Of a stretch of DNA of 64,000 nucleotides, positions 27,841-38,659 are shown one piece after another. The DNA lies in NCBI GenBank assembly GCA_003193925.1, contig PSPG01000005.1:1645-65644 (forward strand), given 5' to 3'. Source of the DNA: Candidatus Thalassarchaeum betae. GTDB lineage: Archaea > Thermoplasmatota > Poseidoniia > Poseidoniales > Thalassarchaeaceae. The position numbers and the translations under genes were made by a program. The notes beneath the pieces were generated by a model that saw only the letters and a list, made by a program, of their open reading frames with translations, had not been told where the DNA came from and made no database searches. Position 1 is the first letter of the stretch. Each line of letters starts with the position of its first letter.

Positions 27841-29253
27841 TCAGGCCTCAGGCAGGAACACCGCGACAGCCCAGACCAGTGCGGAAGTCAGGCTCGCAAT
27901 CAGGCAGGTCACCAGCGGGTCGCCCATACCCAGCCCGAACGACATGCCGTCGGTCATGATTGTCGAAAGTGCATCCGTCAACTCGAGGAAGGGCCAGACC
28001 AGCACCAAGAGGAGGAGGGAGGCGGCTGCGGCACTGGCTCGGCGGAGGTCTGCTACGAGCAGGTGCAATGCGGCTGCTGCGATGGCGACGTCGAGCATGG
28101 CGACCGCAGGCAGCCAGAGCCATCGCAGAACCTCTGACGATGCGTCGGAATCGAAAGAGCCGGCCAGCACGAACCACGATAGGTAGGTCAGTGGAATCGG
28201 CAGAATGAGAGACGCTCCGACCAGCGAATTCGCAGGACGTGTCATCGGGCCGACGACCGCAGACCACCAGCGCCCGCAGTCGGCCTCAGCCAAGCGCCTG
28301 ACCAGAGCGGGCGAGACTACGGCTGTGATGAACGCGGGAACGAGGACCAGCGCGGCCAGCATGTCGTTGCCCGCGTGACTCAGGTCGAGTTCGCCTACGA
28401 GAGCGTATGCGAGGAGCATCGCCACGATTGCCGGTACGGCCCGCCCGACGGTGTCTATGGGATTGCGCATCTCCATCCTCAAGGCCCACCTCATCAGCGA
28501 GCCGAGCGTGCTGGGCTCGGAAGAGCCGTCGGGTTGGGGGAGTTGTGCGGGCACTCCTTGGGACTCGCCGGTAGACTCTGTCAGCATGCCTCCCTCGACG
28601 CTGACCACGCGGTCGGCGCATCGGATCACCTCCGCATCGTGAGTAGCGACGAGGACTCCGTGGCCCATGGAGGCCAAAGCCTTCAGCCAGCCTGCCAGAA
28701 GCGCTCTGGCGGACTCGTCCAGCCCCTCCGAGGGCTCGTCGAGCAGGGCGACCCGAGAATCCCCGCAGAGCGCAGCGGGAGCGAGTCCGCACAGTACTGC
28801 CAGGCGACGGCGCAGGCCCCCTGACAACTGTGATATCCTGTCCGCACGCCTGTGCTCCAACCCCCATGCGGACAGCATCTCGGCCATCTTCGCTTCGTCA
28901 GAGAGGCTTCCAGCGACGCATAGTGCGGTGGCGAGCCTCTCCTCGACGTTCTCCTCACCGCACATCCCGTCGCTCTGGAGGGTGAGTCCCATCGGCGGGA
29001 GAGCGGTCCTGCGGCCATCCGAGTCACGCACGACTCGCTGAGAGCCTGTCCCAGAGCGCCAGCTGACGCTCCCTGAGGTGAGAGGAAGCAGCCCGGCGCA
29101 GGCCTCGAGCAGTGTAGTCTTGCCAGAGCCGTTGGGCCCGACCAAAGCCACTACCTCCCCTTCGCTCAGATGGAAATCGACATCTTTCAGGACCGTTCGC
29201 GGGCCCCGATGCACTTCGATGCCCGATGCCAGCAGCAGAGTGCCTTGTTCCAC
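27841..29253 (-). CDS. Fused ABC ATPase + permease, CcmA-CcmB-like
   Basis: GPNGSGKT, LSGGLRRR, LLDEP, VATHD, followed by about 6 hydrophobic helices; directly upstream of ccmC. Confidence 0.8.
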   Translation of the reverse strand: MEQGTLLLASGIEVHRGPRTVLKDVDFHLSEGEVVALVGPNGSGKTTLLEACAGLLPLTSGSVSWRSGTGSQRVVRDSDGRRTALPPMGLTLQSDGMCGEENVEERLATALCVAGSLSDEAKMAEMLSAWGLEHRRADRISQLSGGLRRRLAVLCGLAPAALCGDSRVALLDEPSEGLDESARALLAGWLKALASMGHGVLVATHDAEVIRCADRVVSVEGGMLTESTGESQGVPAQLPQPDGSSEPSTLGSLMRWALRMEMRNPIDTVGRAVPAIVAMLLAYALVGELDLSHAGNDMLAALVLVPAFITAVVSPALVRRLAEADCGRWWSAVVGPMTRPANSLVGASLILPIPLTYLSWFVLAGSFDSDASSEVLRWLWLPAVAMLDVAIAAAALHLLVADLRRASAAAASLLLLVLVWPFLELTDALSTIMTDGMSFGLGMGDPLVTCLIASLTSALVWAVAVFLPEA

Positions 29254-29342
29254 GCGAGCCCGAAGGTGGGCTATCGTTTGAGTAGTTCCATCACGGGGTC
29301 GAAGCGGCTATTCGCTCAAGCCGCGCGGCTTGGAAGGGCTAC

Positions 29343-30377
29343 ATGGGAGTCGAGTGGGCTGACTTAGCGGGCAGCGACCTGATTGTGGTCGGGATATTGG
29401 TCGCAGTTGCGCTCGCACCCTACGTCTCCGCGGTGCGCGGCGAAACCAGCCTGGCGCTGGCCACCGTGCTCTCGCTGATGCTCGTGACCTTCGTGCAGTT
29501 CGCACATTCGGTAATGACCGGAGTCCCGATCCACTTCGCGTGGATGATCGACCTCTTCGGCATCAAGCCCCACCTCATGGGAGACCCTCTCGAGTCGTAC
29601 AGGATGGTGTCTGCTGCGTGGCTCCACGCCGACTGGGTCCATGTCCTGGGCAACATACTGGTGATCGCATTGGTCGGGGTTCCGCTGGAGCAGAGGCTGG
29701 GCGGACGCAGGTGGATGGCCGTGTACTTCCTCGGGTTCGTCGGAGGCAACGCAGCTTGGATCCTGTCGCATCCCGAGTCGTCGGCTCCGGCCATCGGGGC
29801 CAGTGGCGCTGCATTCGGGCTGCTGGGGGCTTACATGGCCTGCTGGCCCGAGGACAAGATTGAGTTTCCTCTGCTGTTCTTCATCCGGGCTTGGCCGGTC
29901 TGGCTGATCGTCTTCATCAGGCTGGGTCTGGAGGTCTGGCAGATGTATTCGCTACAAGCTGGGACCGCTGGCGAGTCGAACATAGCCCACATGGCCCATG
30001 CCGGCGGCTTCTTCGTGGCGTATCTGCTGGCAAGGCCAATCGCCAGAGGGGCTCCCAGCTCGCTCGACTCGCCGCAGGAATCGGCCACTGGACCGGCGCG
30101 GGCGGAAGCCATCAGGGCACAGGCCAAGGAGAGTATGGGAAGCCTCGATGACGACCCTTGGGCGGCGGTTGAGAAACCGCTGCAGGGCGGGGCTGCTCGA
30201 ATACTGAGGAGGCTGCGAGAGGAGGGCGATGAATTGGAGACCCGCAGAGCCTGGTTAGAGGAGCTCTCCGAGCACACCATCTGCCCTGTCTGCGATGGCG
30301 AGATGATTACCGAGATAAGGGGCGAGAACTGCAGGTTGCGCTGCGCCCTGGTCGGCTCTCACGTCAAGTGGCCCTGA
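29343..30377 (+). CDS. Rhomboid family intramembrane serine protease with C-terminal Cys-rich tail
   Basis: WLHADWVHVLGN, GASG catalytic Ser, AHAGG His; CPVC...C....H tail. Confidence 0.92.
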   Translation: MGVEWADLAGSDLIVVGILVAVALAPYVSAVRGETSLALATVLSLMLVTFVQFAHSVMTGVPIHFAWMIDLFGIKPHLMGDPLESYRMVSAAWLHADWVHVLGNILVIALVGVPLEQRLGGRRWMAVYFLGFVGGNAAWILSHPESSAPAIGASGAAFGLLGAYMACWPEDKIEFPLLFFIRAWPVWLIVFIRLGLEVWQMYSLQAGTAGESNIAHMAHAGGFFVAYLLARPIARGAPSSLDSPQESATGPARAEAIRAQAKESMGSLDDDPWAAVEKPLQGGAARILRRLREEGDELETRRAWLEELSEHTICPVCDGEMITEIRGENCRLRCALVGSHVKWP

Positions 30378-30447
30378 ACGGATGCATCGAGTAATCCCGG
30401 ACAGGTTGGGATTATACCCCATCCGAGTTTGGCTCTCAGGGAGAGCC

Positions 30448-33400
30448 ATGGTTCTGAGCAGGCACCCGGCAGCCCCTCTGATTGCGGTCGCGCTTCTGCT
30501 CGTCATGGACTTCTCGATGGGTGCAGGCGCCATGATAGCCACCTCCGACATCACTGACGAGGGGGGCGGTAAGGCCCCCCAGTCCAACGCCAACCTCCCT
30601 CCTCCGCTGATGTGCGGCGAAGAGGAATGCCCTCAGAAGGACCGTTCCCCGGGCTTCCCCGCCGGGGATGCCGGATGGCCAGTCGAGGACCCCGGATGGT
30701 GGTTCGGGTACTGGTATGACCTCGACTCGGACGGCATGGACGACCGGTTGCAGCGAATCATCGCGGGAGAGCGGGTTTCTGTCTCCACCACATCGATAAT
30801 CGGTGCTGACGGGCTGCCGACGGTCGCCATAGTGGTCGACTACTCATGGCATCCGGGACCCACCGACATCCAAGCCATCAAGGCGGTCTTGTACGAACAC
30901 GGCTGGAGCGCGCAGGGCTCCTGGTTCGATGTCCTCCACATCCTCGACTCCATCGTCATCGACCATGTCCCTGTGAGTTCGCTGATAGACATCTGGGGTC
31001 TGGAGGGAGTGGTAATGATCGAGGAGCAGAACGTCATAGTGCCACTGCTAGACAAGGCCACTCGCGGCTCGAAGGTCCGTGACTCGGACGTCTTTGACGA
31101 GACGATGCGCGACTTCGGCTACGACGGCTCGGGCGTCGTCATCGCGATCCTAGACTCCGGGGTGGACAACGAGCACTTCTCGCTGGACGACTTCTCGGAC
31201 GACAACAATGACAACGAGAAGGACCCGGATGAGCTGCCTGATCCGAAGTGGATAGCAGGCTGCGATGCGACCTCGTGGAACTCGCAGGACTGCGACGACG
31301 GCGATAACGACCCGGACGACGGTGATGGCCACGGCACTCACGTTGCTGGAATCGCCTTGGGTACCGGGGATGAGCGGAGGATCAACCAGGGCTATGCGCC
31401 CGGCTCCTACCTGGTCGATGTCAAAGTCATGAGCGATGCGGGCGCTACTAATTCCGCTGCAACCCTGAGGGGCATACAATGGGTGATTGACAACGCCGAC
31501 AGAGACTGGGGCAACAACGAGTCCAGCGAGGGCATCGACGTGATGTCGATGTCCTTCGGTGCGGGCAGCGACCCACAGGGCGATGACCCGGGCGACAATG
31601 GCTCCAACGCGGAAGCCAGAGCAGTGGACGAAGCGAGCGATGCAGGAATAGTCTGCATCGCCGCCATCGGCAACGACGGACGTCGCAGGATAACCTCCGT
31701 GGGAGCTGCTGACACCGCCATCACGGTAGGTGCGATCGATGACGAGAACACGATTAAGCGCGGTGATGACATGATTGCCTCCTACTCCAACTCAGGTCCG
31801 AGGGAGGACGACGGAGACGACAACGAATGGGACGAGCTGAAGCCCACCGTCGTCGCGCCCGGATCCAGTATCATGTCCGCTCAGCACGCTGCTTCAAGCA
31901 GCGGTATCCCGGGGGCTCCCAGACCTCTGGCTGAGGACAGTTACACCCAGATGACAGGCACCAGCATGTCGGCTCCGGCTGTAGCCGGGTTCGTCGCCGT
32001 CATGCTGCAGATAGACGATGGTCTCGAGCCGCAGGAGGTCAAGGACCTGTTGCAAAACAACTCGGAGACCCGCGGCTCCCCATCCATGCCGAGCATCACC
32101 GACAAGTGGAACGATCATTACGGATTCGGTATCATTGATGGCAATATGATCCTCGAAGCGATACTCGGAGGAGGGATCGACCCCGATCCGGGTAACGGAA
32201 CTGAGCCGCCCCCACCTGGCTCGGGCGACTGGGTGGTCTTCGAGAATCCCGAGGAGGAATCCTGGTTGGTGGAGGGCGAGACCTACAGCGCTCGAGGCCA
32301 TATCGACGAGGATGCCGAGACCAACGGTACCATCGAGGAGGTCGCGGTCAGGATCTCGTACACTCACAGGCCCGAGGGCGAGCCGAAGAGAGAGGTCGTC
32401 CTGCTCGACTGGCACGCTGCTCAGGGGTCGACCAACTGGACCACTCCGTTCACCCTGCCCGAGTTCACCGAGGACGAGATCAACGTCCTCGAGGTGATCC
32501 TCGAAGCCCAGGCGAGGAACCAGTTCGACCAGTGGAGCGACGTCGCCGAGCAGAAGCACGAGGTCGGGCTGGTCGAGGTCACGATGGGTGGTCCGAGCGG
32601 TCAGAATCCCGTATCTGGGAACGTCAACGTCTACGGGACTTGGGAGTCGGTGAACGGCGGGACCGTCCAATGGAGACTCGGCACCGGTTCATGGGAGACC
32701 GCTCAGACCTTCGGCGGCAGCGGCAGCGGCAATGGCGACTGGTCTGTCACGTGGAACACCGAGGAGATCGGCGACGGCTTCTATAGGCTCTCGGTCAGGA
32801 TGATCAGCGGCGACGGTGTACGCTCCGACGAGGTCCGCAGGACCGTTGAGGTCGACAACGATCCGCCGGCACCCGACCTGATGTTCAGGACTGGACTGTC
32901 GGTCGAGGAGTACGGCATCCCGCTTTCTGAGACCTACGTCAACACATTCCTCGAGATCCGTACCGAGATACGCAACGACGGCGACCTAGCGGCCTCGAAC
33001 CTAGCCATCTCACTCTATGAAGACGGGGCTCGGAAGGACCAGATGGTGCTGCCGAGCATAGACAGCGGTGACATCGTCGAGATAGTGCTGTACTGGAACC
33101 CAGACACTGTAGGCGACAAGGTCGTCATGGTGTCCCTCGACCCCGCCGACACTATCGAGGAGATCGATGAGACCAACAACGAGCAGTCGATCACCTTCCC
33201 AGTTATCCAGAGGCCGCAGGGCATTGACCTTGCCTTCCGCGAGGGCGCTGTTCGCACCGAGCCCACCATCCCGCGCCCGCACGAGCAGTTCCTGATCACC
33301 GCGAGGGTCGACAACCTCGGCTCATCCGATGCGACCAGCGTGGGGGCGATGCTGGAGATCATGACCGAGCTAGGTTGGGAGCTGGTCTCATCGACCGCGA

Positions 33401-35214
33401 TATCGCTGGTCGCCGGTCAGGGCGCATCGCAGATATCGTTCGCCCACCGAGCGAACGAGTCGGGGCCACTAGACGTGCGAATAACCCTCTCAGGCTCGAC
33501 CTTGGCCGACCTCGACTGGAGCAACAACCAAGTCGAGGCCACCATTCTGGTCGACGAGTCGACCCTGTCCGGCGCGAGGGCGATGAACTTCGAATCGGGC
33601 GAGGTCCCGGTGAAGGTCGTCGACCTCGATGACGAGGGGCTCGTCATCACCGAGAAGGACGGCCGGTTGAGGCTGTACAGACTGAACTCAAACCTCGGCA
33701 CTACAGCCTGCACCAATGTGCTGGAGGACGTGTGGTCGGGCGACATCGCGATCTGGAGCACTGAGGACGGGGTGGCCCATGTGGTCTGGACGAGGAGGTT
33801 TCTCGATTCAGAAGGCTACTTCCAGCAGACGCTGAGCTACTCGACGATAGACGCGACCTGCCAGATGACGCCCATTCAGGATCTTATGGATCCGATTCTG
33901 CTGTCTGACGGCAAGTACTGGGGAATCGACGTCGATGTCGATGGCTCGGATGTCTTGGTTGCAGGCTACCATCGTGACCTCTCCACCGGGGGCACATACG
34001 AGGACCTGACCAGCGTCTTCCTGCTCCACGCCGATGCTCCCACCAAGTCCTCGGACTGGGAGTTGACGCCAAACGTGATCGGCGAGATAGACCTCGCCCC
34101 AGGCGCCGACCCCGTGGACGTGGAGTTCGGTGAAGACGATGGCGCTCACCTCCTCTACCAGTCGATCAGAAGCGACTCGACCGGTATTGAGAGGCTTGGA
34201 CTATGGTACGCTCACGGACTCGTGGAGCAGTCCCCATGGGCGTTCAAGAAGGCCATCGGTGACGAGGCCTCACTAGGGTGTATGAAGGTCCTGATCATCG
34301 ACGATGAGGAGCGCATCGTAGCAGCCTGGAGGGAGGGCGACGACCACGAGTCGGATCTGGTGGTGATTGTAACTGACTCGTCGTTTGAAGCCGTCGATAA
34401 CCTCAGTCGCAGATACCCTGCAAGGGGTATTGGCACAATCGAGATGATCGAGGTGGAGCGAGGCGTCCAGGTGTTCTTCGACATGGTCGGGCCGACAGGT
34501 CCGCAAGTCCAGTACGGGATGATAGACGCCGAAGACGGTTGGCTGGGAATCTCAAATCGCCTGAACCTAGGATACCTCTACCTCGTCGACCGGTCCCCTG
34601 ACAGCAGCGAGACCATCATCATCCACACCTCGGCCAGTGGGTGGCAGATCAGGGCCCTGATCGACGACGATTCTGACGGAGGGGGCGGCTCGCTCCTAGA
34701 GCAGGTTCGACACGCGCTGGGACTCGATGAGCAGAACTTCAAGATCCTGCTCGGGGGCTTCGCCATCACCATCCTCGTCCTGTGCGCCATAATCCTGACG
34801 ACCCTCTCCGCCAGAGCAGTCAGGTGGATGAAGGGCCGCAGGAGGACCGAGGCTTCTGGGACGGTGATGCTGGAGGAGGATGTGGTCGACGTCATCGACG
34901 AGGATGACATCGCCGTCACCACCAGTGAGGTGACTGATGCGCAGCTCGTGGAGCTGGTCGACATCAATGAGGGAGCCGGGGATCGACGCGAGCGCAGAGA
35001 GAGAAGGAGCCAGATGGCAGCCGCTCCCGAGCCGCTGCCTCCCGTCCCGGCACCCGACGCTCCAGAGGCACCACCGGAAGGGGCGCTGGTTCCGCCGGAG
35101 TTGCCGCCTCTGAACCGCCCGGTGATGTGCCCCAGTTGCTCAAGCAGGTTCGAGGCCCCCTCCGATGTGAAGATGGCAAAGTGCCCCGTGTGCGACGGGC
35201 GCATCGACCTCTGA
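30448..35214 (+). CDS. Membrane-anchored S8 (subtilisin-like) serine peptidase with CARDB domains and C-terminal zinc ribbon
   Basis: ILDSGVD, HGTHVAG, GTSMSAP triad; E.DETNN CARDB motif; TM; CPSC...CPVC. Confidence 0.93.
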   Translation: MVLSRHPAAPLIAVALLLVMDFSMGAGAMIATSDITDEGGGKAPQSNANLPPPLMCGEEECPQKDRSPGFPAGDAGWPVEDPGWWFGYWYDLDSDGMDDRLQRIIAGERVSVSTTSIIGADGLPTVAIVVDYSWHPGPTDIQAIKAVLYEHGWSAQGSWFDVLHILDSIVIDHVPVSSLIDIWGLEGVVMIEEQNVIVPLLDKATRGSKVRDSDVFDETMRDFGYDGSGVVIAILDSGVDNEHFSLDDFSDDNNDNEKDPDELPDPKWIAGCDATSWNSQDCDDGDNDPDDGDGHGTHVAGIALGTGDERRINQGYAPGSYLVDVKVMSDAGATNSAATLRGIQWVIDNADRDWGNNESSEGIDVMSMSFGAGSDPQGDDPGDNGSNAEARAVDEASDAGIVCIAAIGNDGRRRITSVGAADTAITVGAIDDENTIKRGDDMIASYSNSGPREDDGDDNEWDELKPTVVAPGSSIMSAQHAASSSGIPGAPRPLAEDSYTQMTGTSMSAPAVAGFVAVMLQIDDGLEPQEVKDLLQNNSETRGSPSMPSITDKWNDHYGFGIIDGNMILEAILGGGIDPDPGNGTEPPPPGSGDWVVFENPEEESWLVEGETYSARGHIDEDAETNGTIEEVAVRISYTHRPEGEPKREVVLLDWHAAQGSTNWTTPFTLPEFTEDEINVLEVILEAQARNQFDQWSDVAEQKHEVGLVEVTMGGPSGQNPVSGNVNVYGTWESVNGGTVQWRLGTGSWETAQTFGGSGSGNGDWSVTWNTEEIGDGFYRLSVRMISGDGVRSDEVRRTVEVDNDPPAPDLMFRTGLSVEEYGIPLSETYVNTFLEIRTEIRNDGDLAASNLAISLYEDGARKDQMVLPSIDSGDIVEIVLYWNPDTVGDKVVMVSLDPADTIEEIDETNNEQSITFPVIQRPQGIDLAFREGAVRTEPTIPRPHEQFLITARVDNLGSSDATSVGAMLEIMTELGWELVSSTAISLVAGQGASQISFAHRANESGPLDVRITLSGSTLADLDWSNNQVEATILVDESTLSGARAMNFESGEVPVKVVDLDDEGLVITEKDGRLRLYRLNSNLGTTACTNVLEDVWSGDIAIWSTEDGVAHVVWTRRFLDSEGYFQQTLSYSTIDATCQMTPIQDLMDPILLSDGKYWGIDVDVDGSDVLVAGYHRDLSTGGTYEDLTSVFLLHADAPTKSSDWELTPNVIGEIDLAPGADPVDVEFGEDDGAHLLYQSIRSDSTGIERLGLWYAHGLVEQSPWAFKKAIGDEASLGCMKVLIIDDEERIVAAWREGDDHESDLVVIVTDSSFEAVDNLSRRYPARGIGTIEMIEVERGVQVFFDMVGPTGPQVQYGMIDAEDGWLGISNRLNLGYLYLVDRSPDSSETIIIHTSASGWQIRALIDDDSDGGGGSLLEQVRHALGLDEQNFKILLGGFAITILVLCAIILTTLSARAVRWMKGRRRTEASGTVMLEEDVVDVIDEDDIAVTTSEVTDAQLVELVDINEGAGDRRERRERRSQMAAAPEPLPPVPAPDAPEAPPEGALVPPELPPLNRPVMCPSCSSRFEAPSDVKMAKCPVCDGRIDL

Positions 35215-35223
35215 GGTACTTCT

Positions 35224-35865
35224 GTGACACTGTTGCTTCTCGCCTCGGCTTCCCAACGGAGGCACTCCTGGCTCAGTGACAGACTGGATGGGACCGGCAC
35301 GAGAATCACAACCCGGCCCCTTGTCTCCGCGGAGCCGGGGCCCGGTGCAGGCTTGGAGGTCGGAGTGCAGGCTGAGGCCACTTGCCTCGCTAAAGCCGAG
35401 GCGGCTGCCATGGAGATGACCCTGTCTGGCGACTCGGGTTTCGACCTAGTCGTGGTCGCCGACACCCTAGTCGAGGATCCAGAGGACCCGCTGGTGGCAA
35501 TGGGCAAGCCAGATGACGTGGTCGCTGCGGCAGCGATGCTCCTGAGGCTCTCAGGCCGCAGGCATCGCGTGTGGTCCTCCACCGCCCTCCTGTACCCGCC
35601 GGACGGGCAGCGCGAGGGGACTGAGATGCTGCACAGGGGCTGGAGCGCAGACGTCTGGACGGATTCCGCGCTGGTCGAGTTCGAGGAGCTGAGCGAGGAC
35701 CAGCTGGTCGAGCTGGTTCGCAGTGAGTCGTGGCTTGGCAAGGCGGGAGCGTACGACCTCGCGGGCCGAGCCAGCCAGCATGCCAGACTCATCGAGGGCT
35801 CCGAGGTAACTGTTCTCGGCTTCGCTACCTCGGCGATGGACGCACTGCTCGGGTTGCTCGACTAG
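35224..35865 (+). CDS. maf: Maf family nucleoside triphosphate pyrophosphatase
   Basis: LASASQRR, ADTLV, GKP, LSGRRH, KAGAY motifs. Confidence 0.9.
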   Translation: MTLLLLASASQRRHSWLSDRLDGTGTRITTRPLVSAEPGPGAGLEVGVQAEATCLAKAEAAAMEMTLSGDSGFDLVVVADTLVEDPEDPLVAMGKPDDVVAAAAMLLRLSGRRHRVWSSTALLYPPDGQREGTEMLHRGWSADVWTDSALVEFEELSEDQLVELVRSESWLGKAGAYDLAGRASQHARLIEGSEVTVLGFATSAMDALLGLLD

Positions 35866-36365
35866 ACGAACACGACGCCGCCGTGCTTGAGCACGAAGTC
35901 GCGCTGGAGCTCGTCGAACCACTCCAGCATAGCCACGGTGAAGCGCACGGCGATGACCTCTTGGTCCATCAGAAGGTCGTCTTGGATCCCTTTGAGCGTG
36001 CCGGGGGCAGCGCCGCAGGACACGCAAGCGCCATCCAAGTCTAGAATCAGCGACAGTGCCGAGCCCCCGCTGTGCATCTCCTCGATATCCGCCCCGGTGA
36101 CCACCAGACCTCCGCCGTGGCCGTCCAGAGCGGCCCTCACCGGACCTAGCCTGGCCATCAGTGCCGGCACCAAGTCGGAGTTGTCGCTCTCGACCAGTTC
36201 GACCAGAGAGAGCGCCTCGAGACGAGCGATCTCAACTGGGTCGTGAGCCTCGGTCACCCTCCTCTCGGCCTCCTTCTGCATCCCAGCCTTAATCTGAGCC
36301 CGATAGGTCTCCTCAAGGCTGTCAGACAGGGGCTGGGAGCCATCTTCGCCTAACTTCATCACCAC
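35862..36365 (-). CDS. NifU/Nfu C-terminal domain Fe-S carrier protein
   Basis: VRAALDGHGGG...LDGACVSCG motif; divergent from sufCBD. Confidence 0.8.
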   Translation of the reverse strand: MVMKLGEDGSQPLSDSLEETYRAQIKAGMQKEAERRVTEAHDPVEIARLEALSLVELVESDNSDLVPALMARLGPVRAALDGHGGGLVVTGADIEEMHSGGSALSLILDLDGACVSCGAAPGTLKGIQDDLLMDQEVIAVRFTVAMLEWFDELQRDFVLKHGGVVFV

Positions 36366-36455
36366 GCCGAGGTGGTAATCTGATTTTAGGGTGACCTAAA
36401 CTCAAAGCAGACGTTCAAAAGGGACCTAGTTTGGCTCAGTGACGAGGGACACAGT

Positions 36456-37232
36456 GTGAGTCGTGACGCTCCCCTACTGGAGATTCGAAACCTGCATGCT
36501 GGAATCGACGATACGCCGATTCTCAAGGGCGTCGACATCACGATAAATCCGGGTGAGATCCATGCCATAATGGGACGAAACGGGAGCGGCAAGACAACCG
36601 CCGCGAACATCATCATGGGGCACCCAGACTACAAGGTCGAGAAGGGGGATGTGCTGCTCTCCGGAGAGGACCTGCTGGAGCTCGAGCCGTGGGAGAGAGC
36701 ACGCAAGGGCGTATTCCTCTGCTTCCAGTACCCACAGGCCGTCCCGGGACTGCAGGTCGGTAACTTCCTCAGGAAGTCCCTTGCCAGCATCAAGGGCGAG
36801 GAAGCCGCCAAGGGCACGAAGTTCAGAAAAACCCTGAAGGATGCCATGGAGGCTCTCGACATTCCTCGCAGCTTCCTCTCGAGGTACGTCAACGACGGTT
36901 TCAGCGGAGGTGAGAAGAAGCGCTTCGAGATCCTCCAACTGCTCATCCTGCAACCGAAGCTGGCAGTGTTGGATGAGACCGACAGCGGCCTTGACATAGA
37001 TGGCATCAGAATCGTCGCTGCCGGAATCAATTCGGCCATCAGGGGGACTGACTCAGGAGCCCTGATCATCACCCACTACTCAAGAATCCTCGAATACGTC
37101 CAGCCGGACAAGGTCCACGTTCTGATGGGAGGTCGGATAGTTGCTACAGGAGGCCCTGAACTCGCCATAAAACTAGAAGAACGAGGATACGAGTGGTTGG
37201 ACTCGAAGGCGGAGGCGGAGGGACTAGCATGA
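36456..37232 (+). CDS. sufC: Fe-S cluster assembly ATPase SufC
   Basis: [38 protein letters not shown]. Confidence 0.96.
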   Translation: MSRDAPLLEIRNLHAGIDDTPILKGVDITINPGEIHAIMGRNGSGKTTAANIIMGHPDYKVEKGDVLLSGEDLLELEPWERARKGVFLCFQYPQAVPGLQVGNFLRKSLASIKGEEAAKGTKFRKTLKDAMEALDIPRSFLSRYVNDGFSGGEKKRFEILQLLILQPKLAVLDETDSGLDIDGIRIVAAGINSAIRGTDSGALIITHYSRILEYVQPDKVHVLMGGRIVATGGPELAIKLEERGYEWLDSKAEAEGLA

Positions 37233-38644
37233 TGCCATCCAACCAGGAAGCACGGGAGACCGTCGGGGACTACAAGGCCGGATGGCACGATCCGGAGGAC
37301 TCCACCATCCGCTTCGACTTCGGGCTCTCCGAGCAGGTCGTCAGGGACATCTCGGCCATCAAGGAAGAGCCGCAGTGGATGACCGACATCCGCGTCAAGG
37401 CGTACCACCACTTCATGGAGCGCCCGATGCCCACATGGGGTTCCACCGAGTTGCTCAACTCGATCGAGTTCGACAAGATCTGCTACTTCCTGCGCTCGGG
37501 CGAGGGCACTGAGACGGACTGGGATGACGTTCCAGAGGACATCCGCAACACCTTCAACAGACTAGGCATACCCGAGGCCGAGCAGAAGTGGCTCTCGGGA
37601 GTGACAGCCCAGTACGAGTCGGAGGCCGTCTACCACAGCATCCGCGACGACCTCGAGGAGCAGGGTGTCATCTTCCTCGACATGGATAGCGGTCTGCGCG
37701 AGTACCCTGACATCGTGAAGAAATACTTCTGCAGCCTCATCCCATACCAGGACAACAAGTTCAGCGCGCTCAACACCGCCGTATGGTCGGGAGGCTCGTT
37801 CATCTACGTCCCCAAGGGGGTCCACGTCGAGATGCCGGTGCAGGCCTACTTCCGCATCAACGCCAAGAACATGGGTCAGTTCGAACGCACGCTTATCATC
37901 GCCGACGAAGACTCATCGATTCACTACGTCGAGGGCTGCACCGCCCCGACCTACTCAACCGATTCGCTGCACAGCGCCGTCGTTGAGCTATTCGCGCTGC
38001 CCGGCGCATACATCCGCTACACCACGATCCAGAACTGGTCGAACAACGTCTACAACCTAGTCACCAAGCGCGGCATCGCACACGAGAACTCGACCATCGA
38101 ATGGGTCGACGGCAACATCGGATCGAAGTTGACGATGAAGTACCCCGCAGTGATCCTCAAGGGCGAAGGCTCGCACGCGGAAGTCATCTCTGTAGCCTAC
38201 GCCGGCGAAGGAATGCGTCAGGACGCCGGAGCGAAGGTGCATCATCTGGCGTCGAACACCACCAGCAAGATCCTCTCCAAGAGCATCAGCAAGGACGGCG
38301 GCCGCGGAAGCTACCGGGGCATGGTGACGGTGAGCAAGAAGGCAGACAACTGCAAGGTGAGCGTCGTCTGTGACGCACTCATTCTCGACGGGCAAAGCCG
38401 CTCCGACACCTATCCCACGATGGAGATCAAGAACCCCTCGTGCCGCTGCGAACACGAAGCATCGGTCAGCAAGGTGAGCGACGACCAGTTGTTCTACCTG
38501 ATGAGCCGCGGGCACACAGAAGACAAGGCGCTGGCACTGATCGTCAATGGATTCTTCGAGCCATTCGTCCGCGAACTGCCGATGGAATACGCCGTCGAGC
38601 TCAACCAGCTGATGGCCCTCGAGATGGAAGGCAGTATAGGCTGA
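37229..38644 (+). CDS. sufB: Fe-S cluster assembly protein SufB
   Basis: [50 protein letters not shown]. Confidence 0.97.
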   Translation: MMPSNQEARETVGDYKAGWHDPEDSTIRFDFGLSEQVVRDISAIKEEPQWMTDIRVKAYHHFMERPMPTWGSTELLNSIEFDKICYFLRSGEGTETDWDDVPEDIRNTFNRLGIPEAEQKWLSGVTAQYESEAVYHSIRDDLEEQGVIFLDMDSGLREYPDIVKKYFCSLIPYQDNKFSALNTAVWSGGSFIYVPKGVHVEMPVQAYFRINAKNMGQFERTLIIADEDSSIHYVEGCTAPTYSTDSLHSAVVELFALPGAYIRYTTIQNWSNNVYNLVTKRGIAHENSTIEWVDGNIGSKLTMKYPAVILKGEGSHAEVISVAYAGEGMRQDAGAKVHHLASNTTSKILSKSISKDGGRGSYRGMVTVSKKADNCKVSVVCDALILDGQSRSDTYPTMEIKNPSCRCEHEASVSKVSDDQLFYLMSRGHTEDKALALIVNGFFEPFVRELPMEYAVELNQLMALEMEGSIG

Positions 38645-38659
38645 TGGCGGGGTGAGCCA

